A DNA stretch of 64,000 nucleotides from an uncultured Fibrobacterota bacterium (lineage in GTDB: Bacteria > Fibrobacterota > Chitinivibrionia > Chitinivibrionales > FEN-1185). Under the pieces are notes generated by a model. It worked only from the letters and a program-made list of their open reading frames with translations, did not search any database and was not told the DNA's origin. Within the stretch, counting starts at the first letter, position 1. Every line of letters begins with the position of its first letter. The stretch covers positions 160,001-224,000 of the forward strand of contig CAVSQB010000005.1 in the NCBI GenBank assembly GCA_963729895.1, in the 5' to 3' direction. The translations under genes and the position numbers were made by a program. Shown piece by piece: positions 49,123-58,384 of the stretch.

Positions 49123-50434
49123 CAGGTTGTTGAAATAGTCCTAACAGAAGCGCTCTTGTTGATTTTTTATGAACCTAACTTCAACTTTACATATGTCAGA
49201 GAGGTTTTACCTGCCTCGTTCCGAGGCATTTCCCCGGATTCCCAGGCCATTCTCATGCTGCCCCCACCGTTTGCGGCATCAACTTAACCATGCGTATCAA
49301 GTTGTACGCTGCGGCAACCACGTAGGCAACAGTCTGGTTGATTCGTATTCCTCTTACCCGAGTTTTCCGCAGGCCACCGACGCTCTTGATCCACCCAAAT
49401 ATCTCTTCAACCCGTTTTCGTTTCCGTTGACTTACGCTGTATCCCTTATGCCGAGTCGTTCTTCCATCCAACCCTTTAAGCGAAGTGTTGGCCTTCTCGG
49501 CAATGTGAGGCTTCACGTGCAGGCGTCGCAGGCTCTTGATAAATTCGGTTGCATGATACCCTTTGTCTGCACCCACCGTCTTCATCCGGCGTTTTCCGCG
49601 CCTGCGTTCATGCTTTATCAGCTCAAGCGCCATATCCCGTTCCGCTGTCCCCGTCGCTGGCGCAATGGCGATATCAACACACAACCCATTTCGGTTTTCC
49701 ATCAGCACGTGACCGGAATACGCCAGCTGCGCTCCCGTTCTCTTGTTCTTCCGAGCCAACAGCGCCTCTGGATCGGTCGAACTCTGATGTGTCTCATTGC
49801 TTCGCTTCTCATGGTGGAAATCAACCGACGGATTACTCCGATCATCGTCAGTCTTGTTCGCCGATTCCGCGTCTTTTCGCTTGAAGCTCTTCATCGATGC
49901 CCAGGCTTCAATCAACGTGCCGTCAACCGTGAAATGCTCATCGGACAACAACTCTTCGGAACGAGCAAGACGCACGATTTCCTGCATCAGCCGGTGCGCA
50001 ATCTCCTGTTCCATAAGTCGATCTCGGTTCTTCGAAAACACACTATGATCAAACGATGCCGCATCCAGATCCATGTCAAGAAACCATCGGAACAGAATGT
50101 TATAGTCCAGCATCTCGCAAAACAACCGGTCCGACCGTATCGAAAACAAAGCCATCAATATCTGTGCTTTCAAAAGCCATTCCGGCGGTATCGAAGGGCG
50201 CCCCATCCGGCTGTACATCGCCTCAAAGTCACGAGAAAGGCGGCGCAGCGCTATGTCCGTAAACTGTTTGACACGACGAAGCGGGTGCGTTGCCGGCACT
50301 CGGGAATCCGGAGAAACGAAGCTGAACATACCGCCTTGGGCTGGCTGGGAACCTCTCATCAATACTCCTTGGTTGGGGTTCCCCTATAATATAAGGATAA
50401 ATGTTTACAAAAGGGAGACTTTTTCAACACCCTG
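49123..50434 (-). mobile_element. IS5-family insertion sequence, copy 2 (1312 bp)
   Basis: Same IRs as copy 1; CTAG duplication at 49119-49122 and 50435-50438. Confidence 0.95.
49253..50362 (-). CDS. IS5-family DDE transposase
   Basis: Protein identical to 3274-4383. Confidence 0.95.
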   Translation of the reverse strand: MMRGSQPAQGGMFSFVSPDSRVPATHPLRRVKQFTDIALRRLSRDFEAMYSRMGRPSIPPEWLLKAQILMALFSIRSDRLFCEMLDYNILFRWFLDMDLDAASFDHSVFSKNRDRLMEQEIAHRLMQEIVRLARSEELLSDEHFTVDGTLIEAWASMKSFKRKDAESANKTDDDRSNPSVDFHHEKRSNETHQSSTDPEALLARKNKRTGAQLAYSGHVLMENRNGLCVDIAIAPATGTAERDMALELIKHERRRGKRRMKTVGADKGYHATEFIKSLRRLHVKPHIAEKANTSLKGLDGRTTRHKGYSVSQRKRKRVEEIFGWIKSVGGLRKTRVRGIRINQTVAYVVAAAYNLIRMVKLMPQTVGAA

Positions 50435-51470
50435 CTAGAGAGAGCAAACCTTGAAAAGGCCGACTTTGAGGGAGCCAGGCTTCAAGGAGCCAAACTACCG
50501 GGCGCCTATCTTGCGGGAGCCAACCTTCATGGAGCCAACCTTGGGGGAGCCAACCTTCGTGGGGCCGACCTTTTTGGAGCGGATCTTGGCGGGGCCAACC
50601 TTCGAAGGGCAGATCTTAGGGCAGCCTATTTTCAGGGAGCCAACCTTGCGGGTGCCGACCTCACGGGAGCCAATCTGGAGAAAGCCAAGCTTCATGGGGT
50701 CAACCTTTCGGAGGCAAAACTTGGTGGGGCGGACCTTAGGGGCGCCTACCTTTGGGGCGCAAACCTTTCGGGTGCCGGCCTTTCGGGCGCCAACCTTCGT
50801 GCAGCCAACCTGCAGGAAGCCTATCTTGCAGAAGCAAACCTCACCGGCGCCGACCTTTTTGGGGCACGCCTTTCGGGCGCCAACCTTGTGGCGGCCGACC
50901 TTTCGAAATCCAATCTCGTAGACGCTGACCTCGAGGGAGCCGACCTCCAGGAGACTGACCTTTCGGGGGCGTACCTTTCAGGCGCCAATCTTCGGGAAGC
51001 CGATCTTCAGGGATGCAAACTCGACAAAACCGGATCATTTTACAAGGCAAAACTTGACCCGGAAATCTTATCAAAGATAAAGGCCAATTGGCCGGAAGAA
51101 ATTGCAACTTCTTGGGATGATGCACGAAAAGATTGGGTTCTCGACAAAGGTCTTCTTGAGCGGATCAAGAAACCTGATTGGCATGGGTGGCCGGAGGAAG
51201 AAAAGTAGGGGAAATGATTGACCTTCCTTTCCATCATTCTTGTCCACGTGGATTAACCTGAACAAACGCCCGCACACGCAAGAAACAACACGACGGCACT
51301 TTTAAGGCCGGAGAACGCCAGGGTCTGGCACGTCTTGATAGTGGTTCGGCATGCCGGTCCTACGGCCTGAGCGCGCTTGCGTCGTGATAAATACGGTATT
51401 CCTTGCGGCTGCTCAGGCAGGTAGTTGAAGTGAACTGTGCGCCAAATGTTTTAAAAAGAAGGAAAAAAGG

Positions 51471-51500
51471 TGACAAAACGTGATAAAAATTGATAAAACG
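51471..51500. repeat. Three tandem 10-bp direct repeats next to the tRNA-Pro 3' end
   Basis: TGACAAAACG TGATAAAAAT TGATAAAACG. Confidence 0.6.
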
Positions 51501-51579
51501 GAAGGTAAGAAAGAAGGCCCGACTTTCTACGCTGTCAAGCCTTTTCCCTATGAAAACAGCGAAATTAGCGGAAAAAAAC

Positions 51580-51657
51580 TGGTCGGTGTGACTGGATTTG
51601 AACCAGCGACCCCTACCACCCCAAGGTAGTGCTCTAGCCGGGCTGAGCCACACACCG
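51580..51657 (-). tRNA. tRNA-Pro (anticodon GGG), CCA encoded
   Basis: CGGTGTG acceptor stem, CTACC-TTGGGGT-GGTAG anticodon arm, GGTTCAAATCC T-loop and ACCA end. Confidence 0.96.
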
Positions 51658-51714
51658 ACAATTTTAAGTATCTTAAAATAATCTTCGACCGCCGTCAGTC
51701 AGGAGAAAAATCAT

Positions 51715-52281
51715 TTATCGCCCTTTCAGGTTTTTTCTTCCATCCCTCTCCGCCTTGCTCAGCCTGCAACCGCAATAATCCTGTCTGTAAAGCCCCAAGT
51801 CCTGGCTGAGCCGTACGCTTTTGAGAAACCCGTCGCTCTTCTTGAAATTGAACGGCTTGTACGAAACCCCGAATTCCTGAGCTGCCGATTTTCCTGTCTT
51901 GTTAAGCATGTCGATCCTCTTGTGCGGGCTTATGCTCATTACGGTTGTAAAACGGGTCCAGCCGATTTCGGCGCAAAAGGCGGCGGTTCGCCTGAGCCGC
52001 AAGGAGAAACATCGTTCGCATCGCACACCGCCCTCCGGAGTATTGGAAACATCCTTGACCGCCAGCTCCCATTGGTCCGGTTTGTACGGATCGGCGCCGA
52101 AGGGGACATTGTAGAACCGTGCGATTCTGTGCGCCTCCGCAAGCCTTGTATCGTATTCTTCCTGCGGCTGAATGTTTGGATTGCAAAAGAAACATCGTAA
52201 TTCGAATTCAGAAGTGAGCGAATGTACCACCCACGCCTCATCCGGGGCGCAGCAAATGTGAAGCAGCAGCTGGGGTTTCAT
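51715..52281 (-). CDS. queH: Epoxyqueuosine reductase QueH (DUF208)
   Basis: LLLHICCAPD, NPNIQP, CERCFSLRL and YRQDYCGC motifs. Confidence 0.93.
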   Translation of the reverse strand: MKPQLLLHICCAPDEAWVVHSLTSEFELRCFFCNPNIQPQEEYDTRLAEAHRIARFYNVPFGADPYKPDQWELAVKDVSNTPEGGVRCERCFSLRLRRTAAFCAEIGWTRFTTVMSISPHKRIDMLNKTGKSAAQEFGVSYKPFNFKKSDGFLKSVRLSQDLGLYRQDYCGCRLSKAERDGRKNLKGR

Positions 52282-52330
52282 GGTGTAGTTTGTCCCACCT
52301 TGCAATCCTTGACGGAAATCTTTCTTTGGA

Positions 52331-54097
52331 TTATTTCCCCACCCACGATGCGACCCACGCAACGGCCCCCGCGAGATAAAACTGCCCGTCCGCAAAAATA
52401 TTGAACAGGACAGACCTGCTCATACGGTGCTCGCGGTTGAGCCGGATGAAGACATACAAATACAGCAGCGGGACCATCTGAAGAAAGAAGTTCAGCGATA
52501 TGCGCAGCTCCTGGGCAGGCGAGACAACCAGGGGAGAGAGCGCGCACAGCGCACCCGCAAGCAGGATCGCGACGAGAACCGTCTTCCCGGCGCGGTCTTC
52601 GCCGATAATCGTAACGAGTGTTTCCCTCCCCATGATCCGGTCGCCCTCTATGTCACGCAAATCGAAAATGAGCGATCTCAGGAAGGCCAGCACGAAAATA
52701 AGGACGAAACACGATCCTGATAGTAAAGAGAGCTTGAATGTCCCCGCGCTTGCGTGAGGAAGGACCGTGAGCACGGTGCCCCAGGCGAGCGCGACGAACA
52801 GATCGCGTGACGTGGGAATATCTTTGAGGCTTGTATACCGCAGCAGTTTCTTGAGAAAAGGAGGGACAATCCTGATGTGATAAACGCTTCCCGCGAACAT
52901 GGCAAACGCCATGACGTACAGCAGCATTCTGCTTTGCAAAAAGCTGACGGCGAGCAGCAGCAGCATGCTGACGGCCACAATCGCGTACAAGGCCGGCTTG
53001 TGGCTCCGGTAGAAGCGGTATCTGCCCATTCCGAGATGTTGGGTGGCTTCAATGCTGGCAAGGCTGTTCCACAAATACATGGAAAGAAAATAGAGAAACG
53101 AGATGACCGCTCCCGACGGCTTCGGGGCAAACCCCTGCAGCGAGCACGAGGCATAGTAGACGCACCCGGCGCCGAGGGCGACAATGATGTTGAGGGAGGA
53201 GAAGATGTCTATGCTGTGGCGGATCAGGTTGACCGGTGTCTTTTTCTTTGTCTGGTCCATATACATAAGGTAATCGGTGATGCGCTTGATCATCCAGCTG
53301 GGCGTGGAGGCGCCGGCGGTGATGCCCACGGTCGTGCAGTCGGATATCTTGTCCCATGCGATTTCGTTCTCCGTTTCCACCCACTGCGTGGGCGTTCCGG
53401 AAGCGGCCGCGATGTTCGCGAGCCGTTTTGTGTTTGCGCTGTTTTTGCCGCCCACCACGATCATGGCATCCACCGCATGGGCAAGCTCGCGCGTCTCATT
53501 CTGCCGGCGGTCGGTTGCGGAACAAATCGTCTTCTTGATCACCACTTCGCAACCGGTTGCATAGCGTTCACGGATGCGATCAGCGATTTCGTCGAATGTG
53601 GCGGTGTCGAATGTGGTCTGCGAAACGAGACATAGCTTTGTAAACCCCGGCAATCCGTCGACGTCCTCGGGTGATACGATGAGGTGGCCGGCGTAGCCCG
53701 CGTATCCCTGCAATCCCACAACCTCCGCATGCCCCTCGTCGCCGGCGATGACGATTGCAAATCCCTGGTCCCGGTATTTCTCGATCACGCGGTGTACGGT
53801 CTTTACTTTTGGACATGTGCCGTCGATGATATGGCCGCGGGACTCCCAGGATTTCTCGACATCGGGCGGCACCCCATGCGCGCGGATGAGGATGGTGGAG
53901 CCGGCCGGGACTTGTTTTGATTCGTCAAGCGTGGAGATGCGGCGTTCCCGCAGCATCTCCACGGTCTGGTTATTGTGGATAAGCGGTCCCAGCGTGTACA
54001 CGCCCGGGCCGGGCCCGGCCGCGTGTTCGAGGGCGAGGTCTACGGCGCGGCGTACGCCCATACAAAACCCTGCCGTGGTCGCGGTGACGATCTTCAT
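52331..54097 (-). CDS. ispH: IspH (HMBPP reductase) fused to a C-terminal UbiA-like membrane domain
   Basis: AGFCMGVRRA, IRAHG, TCPKV, TICSAT, SANT and TAGASTP, followed by about 8 TM helices with DLRDIEGD. Confidence 0.92.
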   Translation of the reverse strand: MKIVTATTAGFCMGVRRAVDLALEHAAGPGPGVYTLGPLIHNNQTVEMLRERRISTLDESKQVPAGSTILIRAHGVPPDVEKSWESRGHIIDGTCPKVKTVHRVIEKYRDQGFAIVIAGDEGHAEVVGLQGYAGYAGHLIVSPEDVDGLPGFTKLCLVSQTTFDTATFDEIADRIRERYATGCEVVIKKTICSATDRRQNETRELAHAVDAMIVVGGKNSANTKRLANIAAASGTPTQWVETENEIAWDKISDCTTVGITAGASTPSWMIKRITDYLMYMDQTKKKTPVNLIRHSIDIFSSLNIIVALGAGCVYYASCSLQGFAPKPSGAVISFLYFLSMYLWNSLASIEATQHLGMGRYRFYRSHKPALYAIVAVSMLLLLAVSFLQSRMLLYVMAFAMFAGSVYHIRIVPPFLKKLLRYTSLKDIPTSRDLFVALAWGTVLTVLPHASAGTFKLSLLSGSCFVLIFVLAFLRSLIFDLRDIEGDRIMGRETLVTIIGEDRAGKTVLVAILLAGALCALSPLVVSPAQELRISLNFFLQMVPLLYLYVFIRLNREHRMSRSVLFNIFADGQFYLAGAVAWVASWVGK

Positions 54098-54224
54098 GCG
54101 GTAAAAATACATGATGATGGCCGCGTGTCCTACAGGAGCGGCCGGTACGCCGGTTGGCCTCGATTCCCGGCCCGGCACATTTTACTCTTCATGACCGACT
54201 CAGCATGAGCCATTTTTAAAGCCT

Positions 54225-55157
54225 ATGCCCGAAAAAATCATCGATGTTGAGGACCTTTCCAAGAGTTTCGGCCCGCGCATGGTATTCGAACATGCCGCCC
54301 TTTCCGTTGAAGAAGGAACGACGTTCGGGCTGGTGGGACTTAACGGAAGCGGAAAAACGACTTTTATCCGTCTGTTGCTCGGGCTGCTGAAGCCGGACCG
54401 GGGCAGTGTGCGGGTTCTCGGGTTCGAGCCGTGGAAGCATGAGGCGGCGTATTACCGGCGCCTGGGAGTGATCTTGGACCATGACGGGTTTGCGGGAAAC
54501 CTGACGGTTTTGGAGAACATGAAGATATTCGCTGCCGCCAAAGCGGTTTCGTGGCGTCAGGCGCTCGACTACGTGGAAGAGTACTGGGCGGGGACATTCA
54601 TCCACGAAGAAGTGTTCGGCGTGCGCGGCAAGGTGAAGTACCTGTCAAGGGGCCAGAAAATGCAGTGCGCCCTCTGCCGCGCGTTTCTTTCGCGCAGCCG
54701 GGCCTATTTTTTCGATGAGCCCACGGTTTCGTTGGACGTTGACGCATGCGATCATTTTTACTCGCTCGTGCGGCGGGAACGGGAGGCCGGCAGCACGGTC
54801 CTCATCAGTTCGCACCAGTTGGCCGCCATCGAAGAATTGTGCGATAGCGTGGGGATGCTGCGCGGCAAGACCGTGACCCTGCTTGCATCCGGCGCCGACG
54901 CGTCGGCGCCGAAACCGTGGTTTCTGCGCGTGCGGCCGGAAGAGAATGTCGGCGCAATCATAGAGGCGCTGTGCAACGTTCCCGCCGCCTATTACGGCGG
55001 CGCGTGGCATTTTTCGGTCCTCAACCCGGACGCCGCCGTTCCCAGGCTGGTCAATGCGCTTGTCTCGGCGGGCTGCGACATTGCCGAGGTGAGGCCCGAG
55101 CTGCACTCACTCAAGGACAGGATGCGCACTCATTCCGGAAACGGGGAAGGGGCGTAG
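54225..55157 (+). CDS. ABC-2 type transporter ATPase
   Basis: GLNGSGKTT, LSRGQ, DEPT and SSH motifs. Confidence 0.88.
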   Translation: MPEKIIDVEDLSKSFGPRMVFEHAALSVEEGTTFGLVGLNGSGKTTFIRLLLGLLKPDRGSVRVLGFEPWKHEAAYYRRLGVILDHDGFAGNLTVLENMKIFAAAKAVSWRQALDYVEEYWAGTFIHEEVFGVRGKVKYLSRGQKMQCALCRAFLSRSRAYFFDEPTVSLDVDACDHFYSLVRREREAGSTVLISSHQLAAIEELCDSVGMLRGKTVTLLASGADASAPKPWFLRVRPEENVGAIIEALCNVPAAYYGGAWHFSVLNPDAAVPRLVNALVSAGCDIAEVRPELHSLKDRMRTHSGNGEGA

Positions 55158-55161
55158 ACAC

Positions 55162-55824
55162 GTGAACGAAATAGGCGTGATAGTCCGGAAGGAATGGCGT
55201 AACTTCGCAGGGAGTGAGAGAGGCGTTTTTGTGGTATACGGTGCGCTCGTGCTCGCTTGGAGCCTGCTGGTAAGGAACAATATCCTAAATTCGTCAATGT
55301 TGTTCACCGGCATGTGGTGGCTCTCCCTGTCGGTCCTCATCAGCAGCACCGTTGCAAATTCGGTGTTCGTTGCCGAGCGGATAAGCGGGTCCATGGAGAT
55401 CCTTCTCACCTGCGGGTTTTCGCGTTCCGCAGTACTGTACGGAAAGGTGCTCTTTGTCGTATTGGTGTCGGTTGCGCTCGGCGCCGTGTGTTCCGGCCTT
55501 GCCCTGATGTGGAGCATCGGCGACAACCCGGCGCTTTTCCTGCGTGGCATCCTCGCCAACGCGGATCTGTATTGCGGCGGCGCCTTTCTGAGTGCCACTG
55601 CCGGAGCATGGCTGTCAATCAGGTTTTCGAGCCCCAGAATAATCCCGTTTGTCGTCCTCATCCTGGTTTCCGGCGTGTGCGGGGCATATCTCGCAATTGC
55701 ACAGTTCACCGGTCTGCCCGAATGGGCACTCTTTCTTCTGACCCTGGTGATAGGTGCGGGTTTCCTCAGTCTCGCCAGAAGGGATTTCCACGGTGAAAAG
55801 ATCATTGCTCCGCTCGATATCTAG
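55162..55824 (+). CDS. ABC-2 type permease
   Basis: KEWR and AERISGSMEILL motifs with about 6 TM helices. Confidence 0.8.
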   Translation: MNEIGVIVRKEWRNFAGSERGVFVVYGALVLAWSLLVRNNILNSSMLFTGMWWLSLSVLISSTVANSVFVAERISGSMEILLTCGFSRSAVLYGKVLFVVLVSVALGAVCSGLALMWSIGDNPALFLRGILANADLYCGGAFLSATAGAWLSIRFSSPRIIPFVVLILVSGVCGAYLAIAQFTGLPEWALFLLTLVIGAGFLSLARRDFHGEKIIAPLDI

Positions 55825-56821
55825 GTACCTTGTCGTTTCTCTCTGCGCGGTTCTTATTGCGTCGTGCGTCGGAGAAGCCAAGCACTCCCGGCGTTTCTCC
55901 GCGCTCGATACGGTAATTTCCGTGACGCTCTATTCCCATTCGGCGCGCTCCGAAGCCGACCTGGATTCCCTGCAGGCGCTGTTCGCCCGGTTCGAAGACA
56001 GCCTGTCCATTTCGAAGGCCGAAAGCGAGATCTACCGCATCAACCGCCGGTCCGATTCGATCGTGACGGTAAGCGTCATGCTGCGCCGTATTCTGGCTGT
56101 TTGCAGAAGCGAATTCGCGGCGTCAGGCGGACTGTTCGACGTCACCGTTGAGCCCCTCAAAACGCTCTACGGCCTGGAATCGCACCAGAAGGAAAACCAT
56201 GTTCCCACGCAAGCGGAACTCGCGTCCGCGATGTCGAATATCGGCTTCGGCCGCATCCGGTTTGTGTCGGACAGCGTTCTTGCCATGCCCGCCGGCATGC
56301 ACCTCGATTTCGGCGGTATTGCAAAGGGGTATGTCCTCACGCAGGCGGAACTGTTGCTTCACCGGAAAGGCTACAGGAGCTTTCTCGTGAACGCCGGCGG
56401 CGACCTCATCGCCTGCGGTACAAAGCCGTCCGGCGATCCCTGGAACATCGGCATCCAGGACCCCCGCAGATCGGAGGACCTCATCGCCACACTTGCCTGC
56501 TCCACCGCCACGGTCTTCACAAGCGGCGACTACGAACGGTGCTTTATTGTCAACGGCAAACGCTATCATCACCTGTTCGACCCGCATACCGGCGTACCGG
56601 GGTCTCTCAACATGAGCGCCACCGTGGTGGGGAGCGACCCGCTGGTGGTTGACGCTGTCGTCAAGACGGCGTTCCTCATGCCGGCTCCGCAGGCCCTGCG
56701 TTACCTTGCGTCAAGGAACATGCAGGGATTTCTCATCGACAGCGCGAAGGTGGGGTGGGCGAGCGCGGGATTACAAGGTGCGTTGAAACCGGATTCCGGG
56801 TTTGTGGTTCATTTCGAGTAG
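55793..56821 (+). CDS. apbE: FAD:protein FMN transferase (ApbE) lipoprotein
   Basis: Lipobox IASC; SEIYRIN, FDVTV, DFGGIAKGY, GIQDP, TSGDYER and YHHLFDP motifs. Confidence 0.93.
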   Translation: MKRSLLRSISRYLVVSLCAVLIASCVGEAKHSRRFSALDTVISVTLYSHSARSEADLDSLQALFARFEDSLSISKAESEIYRINRRSDSIVTVSVMLRRILAVCRSEFAASGGLFDVTVEPLKTLYGLESHQKENHVPTQAELASAMSNIGFGRIRFVSDSVLAMPAGMHLDFGGIAKGYVLTQAELLLHRKGYRSFLVNAGGDLIACGTKPSGDPWNIGIQDPRRSEDLIATLACSTATVFTSGDYERCFIVNGKRYHHLFDPHTGVPGSLNMSATVVGSDPLVVDAVVKTAFLMPAPQALRYLASRNMQGFLIDSAKVGWASAGLQGALKPDSGFVVHFE

Positions 56822-56848
56822 AGACGCACGACCGTGCGTCTCTACTCG
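56815..56848. terminator. Perfect 16-bp-arm palindrome joining two convergent stop codons
   Basis: CGAGTAGAGACGCACG-AC-CGTGCGTCTCTACTCG. Confidence 0.7.
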
Positions 56849-58023
56849 GAGGCCTTTTCTTCCATTCTCGTTATGACAATGCCGTACAGCGCCGCAGCCC
56901 ATCCGGCAATTCCCTTTTGTTTACCGGCACCCGTCTCACCGGCCGGAGCCCGAGGTTTTTTCCCCGAAAACAACGCCGCAATCCTGTTCCTCGCATAGGT
57001 CCGGCTGTCCTCCGCGATCCCCGGGAAATATTCGAGAGCGCACACGCCGGCAAAGAGAGTTTCCCCGTGCCTGCGGAACACGCGTCCCAGGGAATGCAGC
57101 ACAACGGAATGGAAGTTGAAATGGGAAAGGATGAACGAGACCTGCAGCCAGGTCCAGAGCCGAAGCCATTGCAGCAGCGTGAGATGAAGGCCTTCGCGGG
57201 TGAGGAAGGGCACGCTTTCGACGCGCGCGCCGTAGGATAAAAACAAGTTGACACAGGCGATAAAAACAAACAGCACCCAGAAGCCGGACAGGGGCTTCAC
57301 AAATGCTTCCATCGACCCTTTCCGAATGATCTGCACAATGAGCGACGCGCCGGCCGCGCTCAAACACAGGGCCGCAACCGAATCGGTACATACGATCGCC
57401 ATGCAGCCTGCAAGCAACACAAGGGAGAATAACCGGTCTTTCGGACGCGCGGAAAAACGCGGCGCCGCGGCTCCTGCCGACGACCTCCGGGGAAGTGGGA
57501 CGGCTTTTTGCAAAACGCCGTACGCGGCCGGCGCAAGCGCGCCCACGATGCCGCCGAACGCCACGGACGCGGCGAGCATCACCGGGACTTGATAGAACAG
57601 GTGTAGGTTGGCGGCCATGAATCCGTACACGGCAATCAATTGGCCCGCATTATGGAACAGGGCGCCGATTATCCCGATTCCAACGGTGCCGATCAGCCTT
57701 TTCTTGCCGAGCACCTGCCACGCAATGCCCATCACCACGGCGGACAATACTCCGCCGCTTACCGCAAGGGACATGGTGAGAAACGAAAATCCGAAATAGA
57801 ACCCCACGATCCATGTCCGCAGCAGGGCATACAGGACCGCGTCTATTGCCCCGAACTCCACAATCCACAGAATGGTAATGATGTTCGCCAGTCCGGGCTT
57901 GAGCCACGGAAAAAAGGGAAGACGCGGCACAAAGAACTCAAGCGCGTTGATCGCTACGGCGCACAGCAGCCATGCCGTCTTCTTCACAACCTGCGCCTGC
58001 GCTTTGCTATCGAGTGACTGCAT
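56842..58023 (-). CDS. Gx transporter (heptaprenyl-diphosphate synthase component I-like) with an extra EcfT-like C-terminal membrane domain
   Basis: PWLKPGLANI, GGVLS and GALFHNAGQL Gx motifs, then about 190 more residues with TM helices. Confidence 0.75.
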   Translation of the reverse strand: MQSLDSKAQAQVVKKTAWLLCAVAINALEFFVPRLPFFPWLKPGLANIITILWIVEFGAIDAVLYALLRTWIVGFYFGFSFLTMSLAVSGGVLSAVVMGIAWQVLGKKRLIGTVGIGIIGALFHNAGQLIAVYGFMAANLHLFYQVPVMLAASVAFGGIVGALAPAAYGVLQKAVPLPRRSSAGAAAPRFSARPKDRLFSLVLLAGCMAIVCTDSVAALCLSAAGASLIVQIIRKGSMEAFVKPLSGFWVLFVFIACVNLFLSYGARVESVPFLTREGLHLTLLQWLRLWTWLQVSFILSHFNFHSVVLHSLGRVFRRHGETLFAGVCALEYFPGIAEDSRTYARNRIAALFSGKKPRAPAGETGAGKQKGIAGWAAALYGIVITRMEEKASE

Positions 58024-58384
58024 CAACGGCTTTCCCGGACGACGTCTCAAGTTGTATGAGGATGTGATTGGGGGCGCACACGATCTGCTGGCCGCTGTGG
58101 CGTATGGTTCCCGTGTGCACGCATGTCTGCTGGGGACAATCGGCGGACACCACGCACACGCCGTTGTCGTGAATGGAAAGCGTGAGGTTTCCGTTCGCAC
58201 CGGCGAGTGTCACCGTTTTCCGGACGTCAAGGGGATATTCCGCGATTTTTGCGTTGTCCCTATAGACAACCGCCAGGGCCGGCTGGTGCGCCCGGAACAC
58301 AGGCCAGAATGCGAACGCGCCGGCAATGCATCCCGCTATGATGAGAACGTCAAGAGGTCGAAAGGAGGCGAGGGAATGGCTCAT
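58007..58384 (-). CDS. NusG domain II-containing protein
   Basis: N-terminal TM helix and SADCPQQTCVHTG...IVCAPN motif. Confidence 0.88.
   Translation of the reverse strand: MSHSLASFRPLDVLIIAGCIAGAFAFWPVFRAHQPALAVVYRDNAKIAEYPLDVRKTVTLAGANGNLTLSIHDNGVCVVSADCPQQTCVHTGTIRHSGQQIVCAPNHILIQLETSSGKAVDAVTR

Larger units (their letters stand above)
48945..51208 (+). pseudogene. Pentapeptide-repeat protein interrupted by IS5 copy 2
   Basis: WNKWR...FAGADLRLADL continues in frame as ERANLEKADFEGARL... after removing the IS plus one CTAG; 315 aa reconstructed. Confidence 0.92.

Noticed and set aside
3144..50434. 46-kb composite transposon bounded by the two IS5 copies
   Set aside because: Each copy has its own CTAG duplication, copy 2 has the two halves of one gene on either side, and the interior holds core genes.
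50451..50921. 156-aa EPT-repeat ORF
   Set aside because: Off-frame reading of the pentapeptide-repeat codons.
50439..51010. 15-bp periodic repeats as a CRISPR array or VNTR
   Set aside because: They encode A(N/D)Lxx pentapeptides; there is no repeat-spacer structure and no cas gene.
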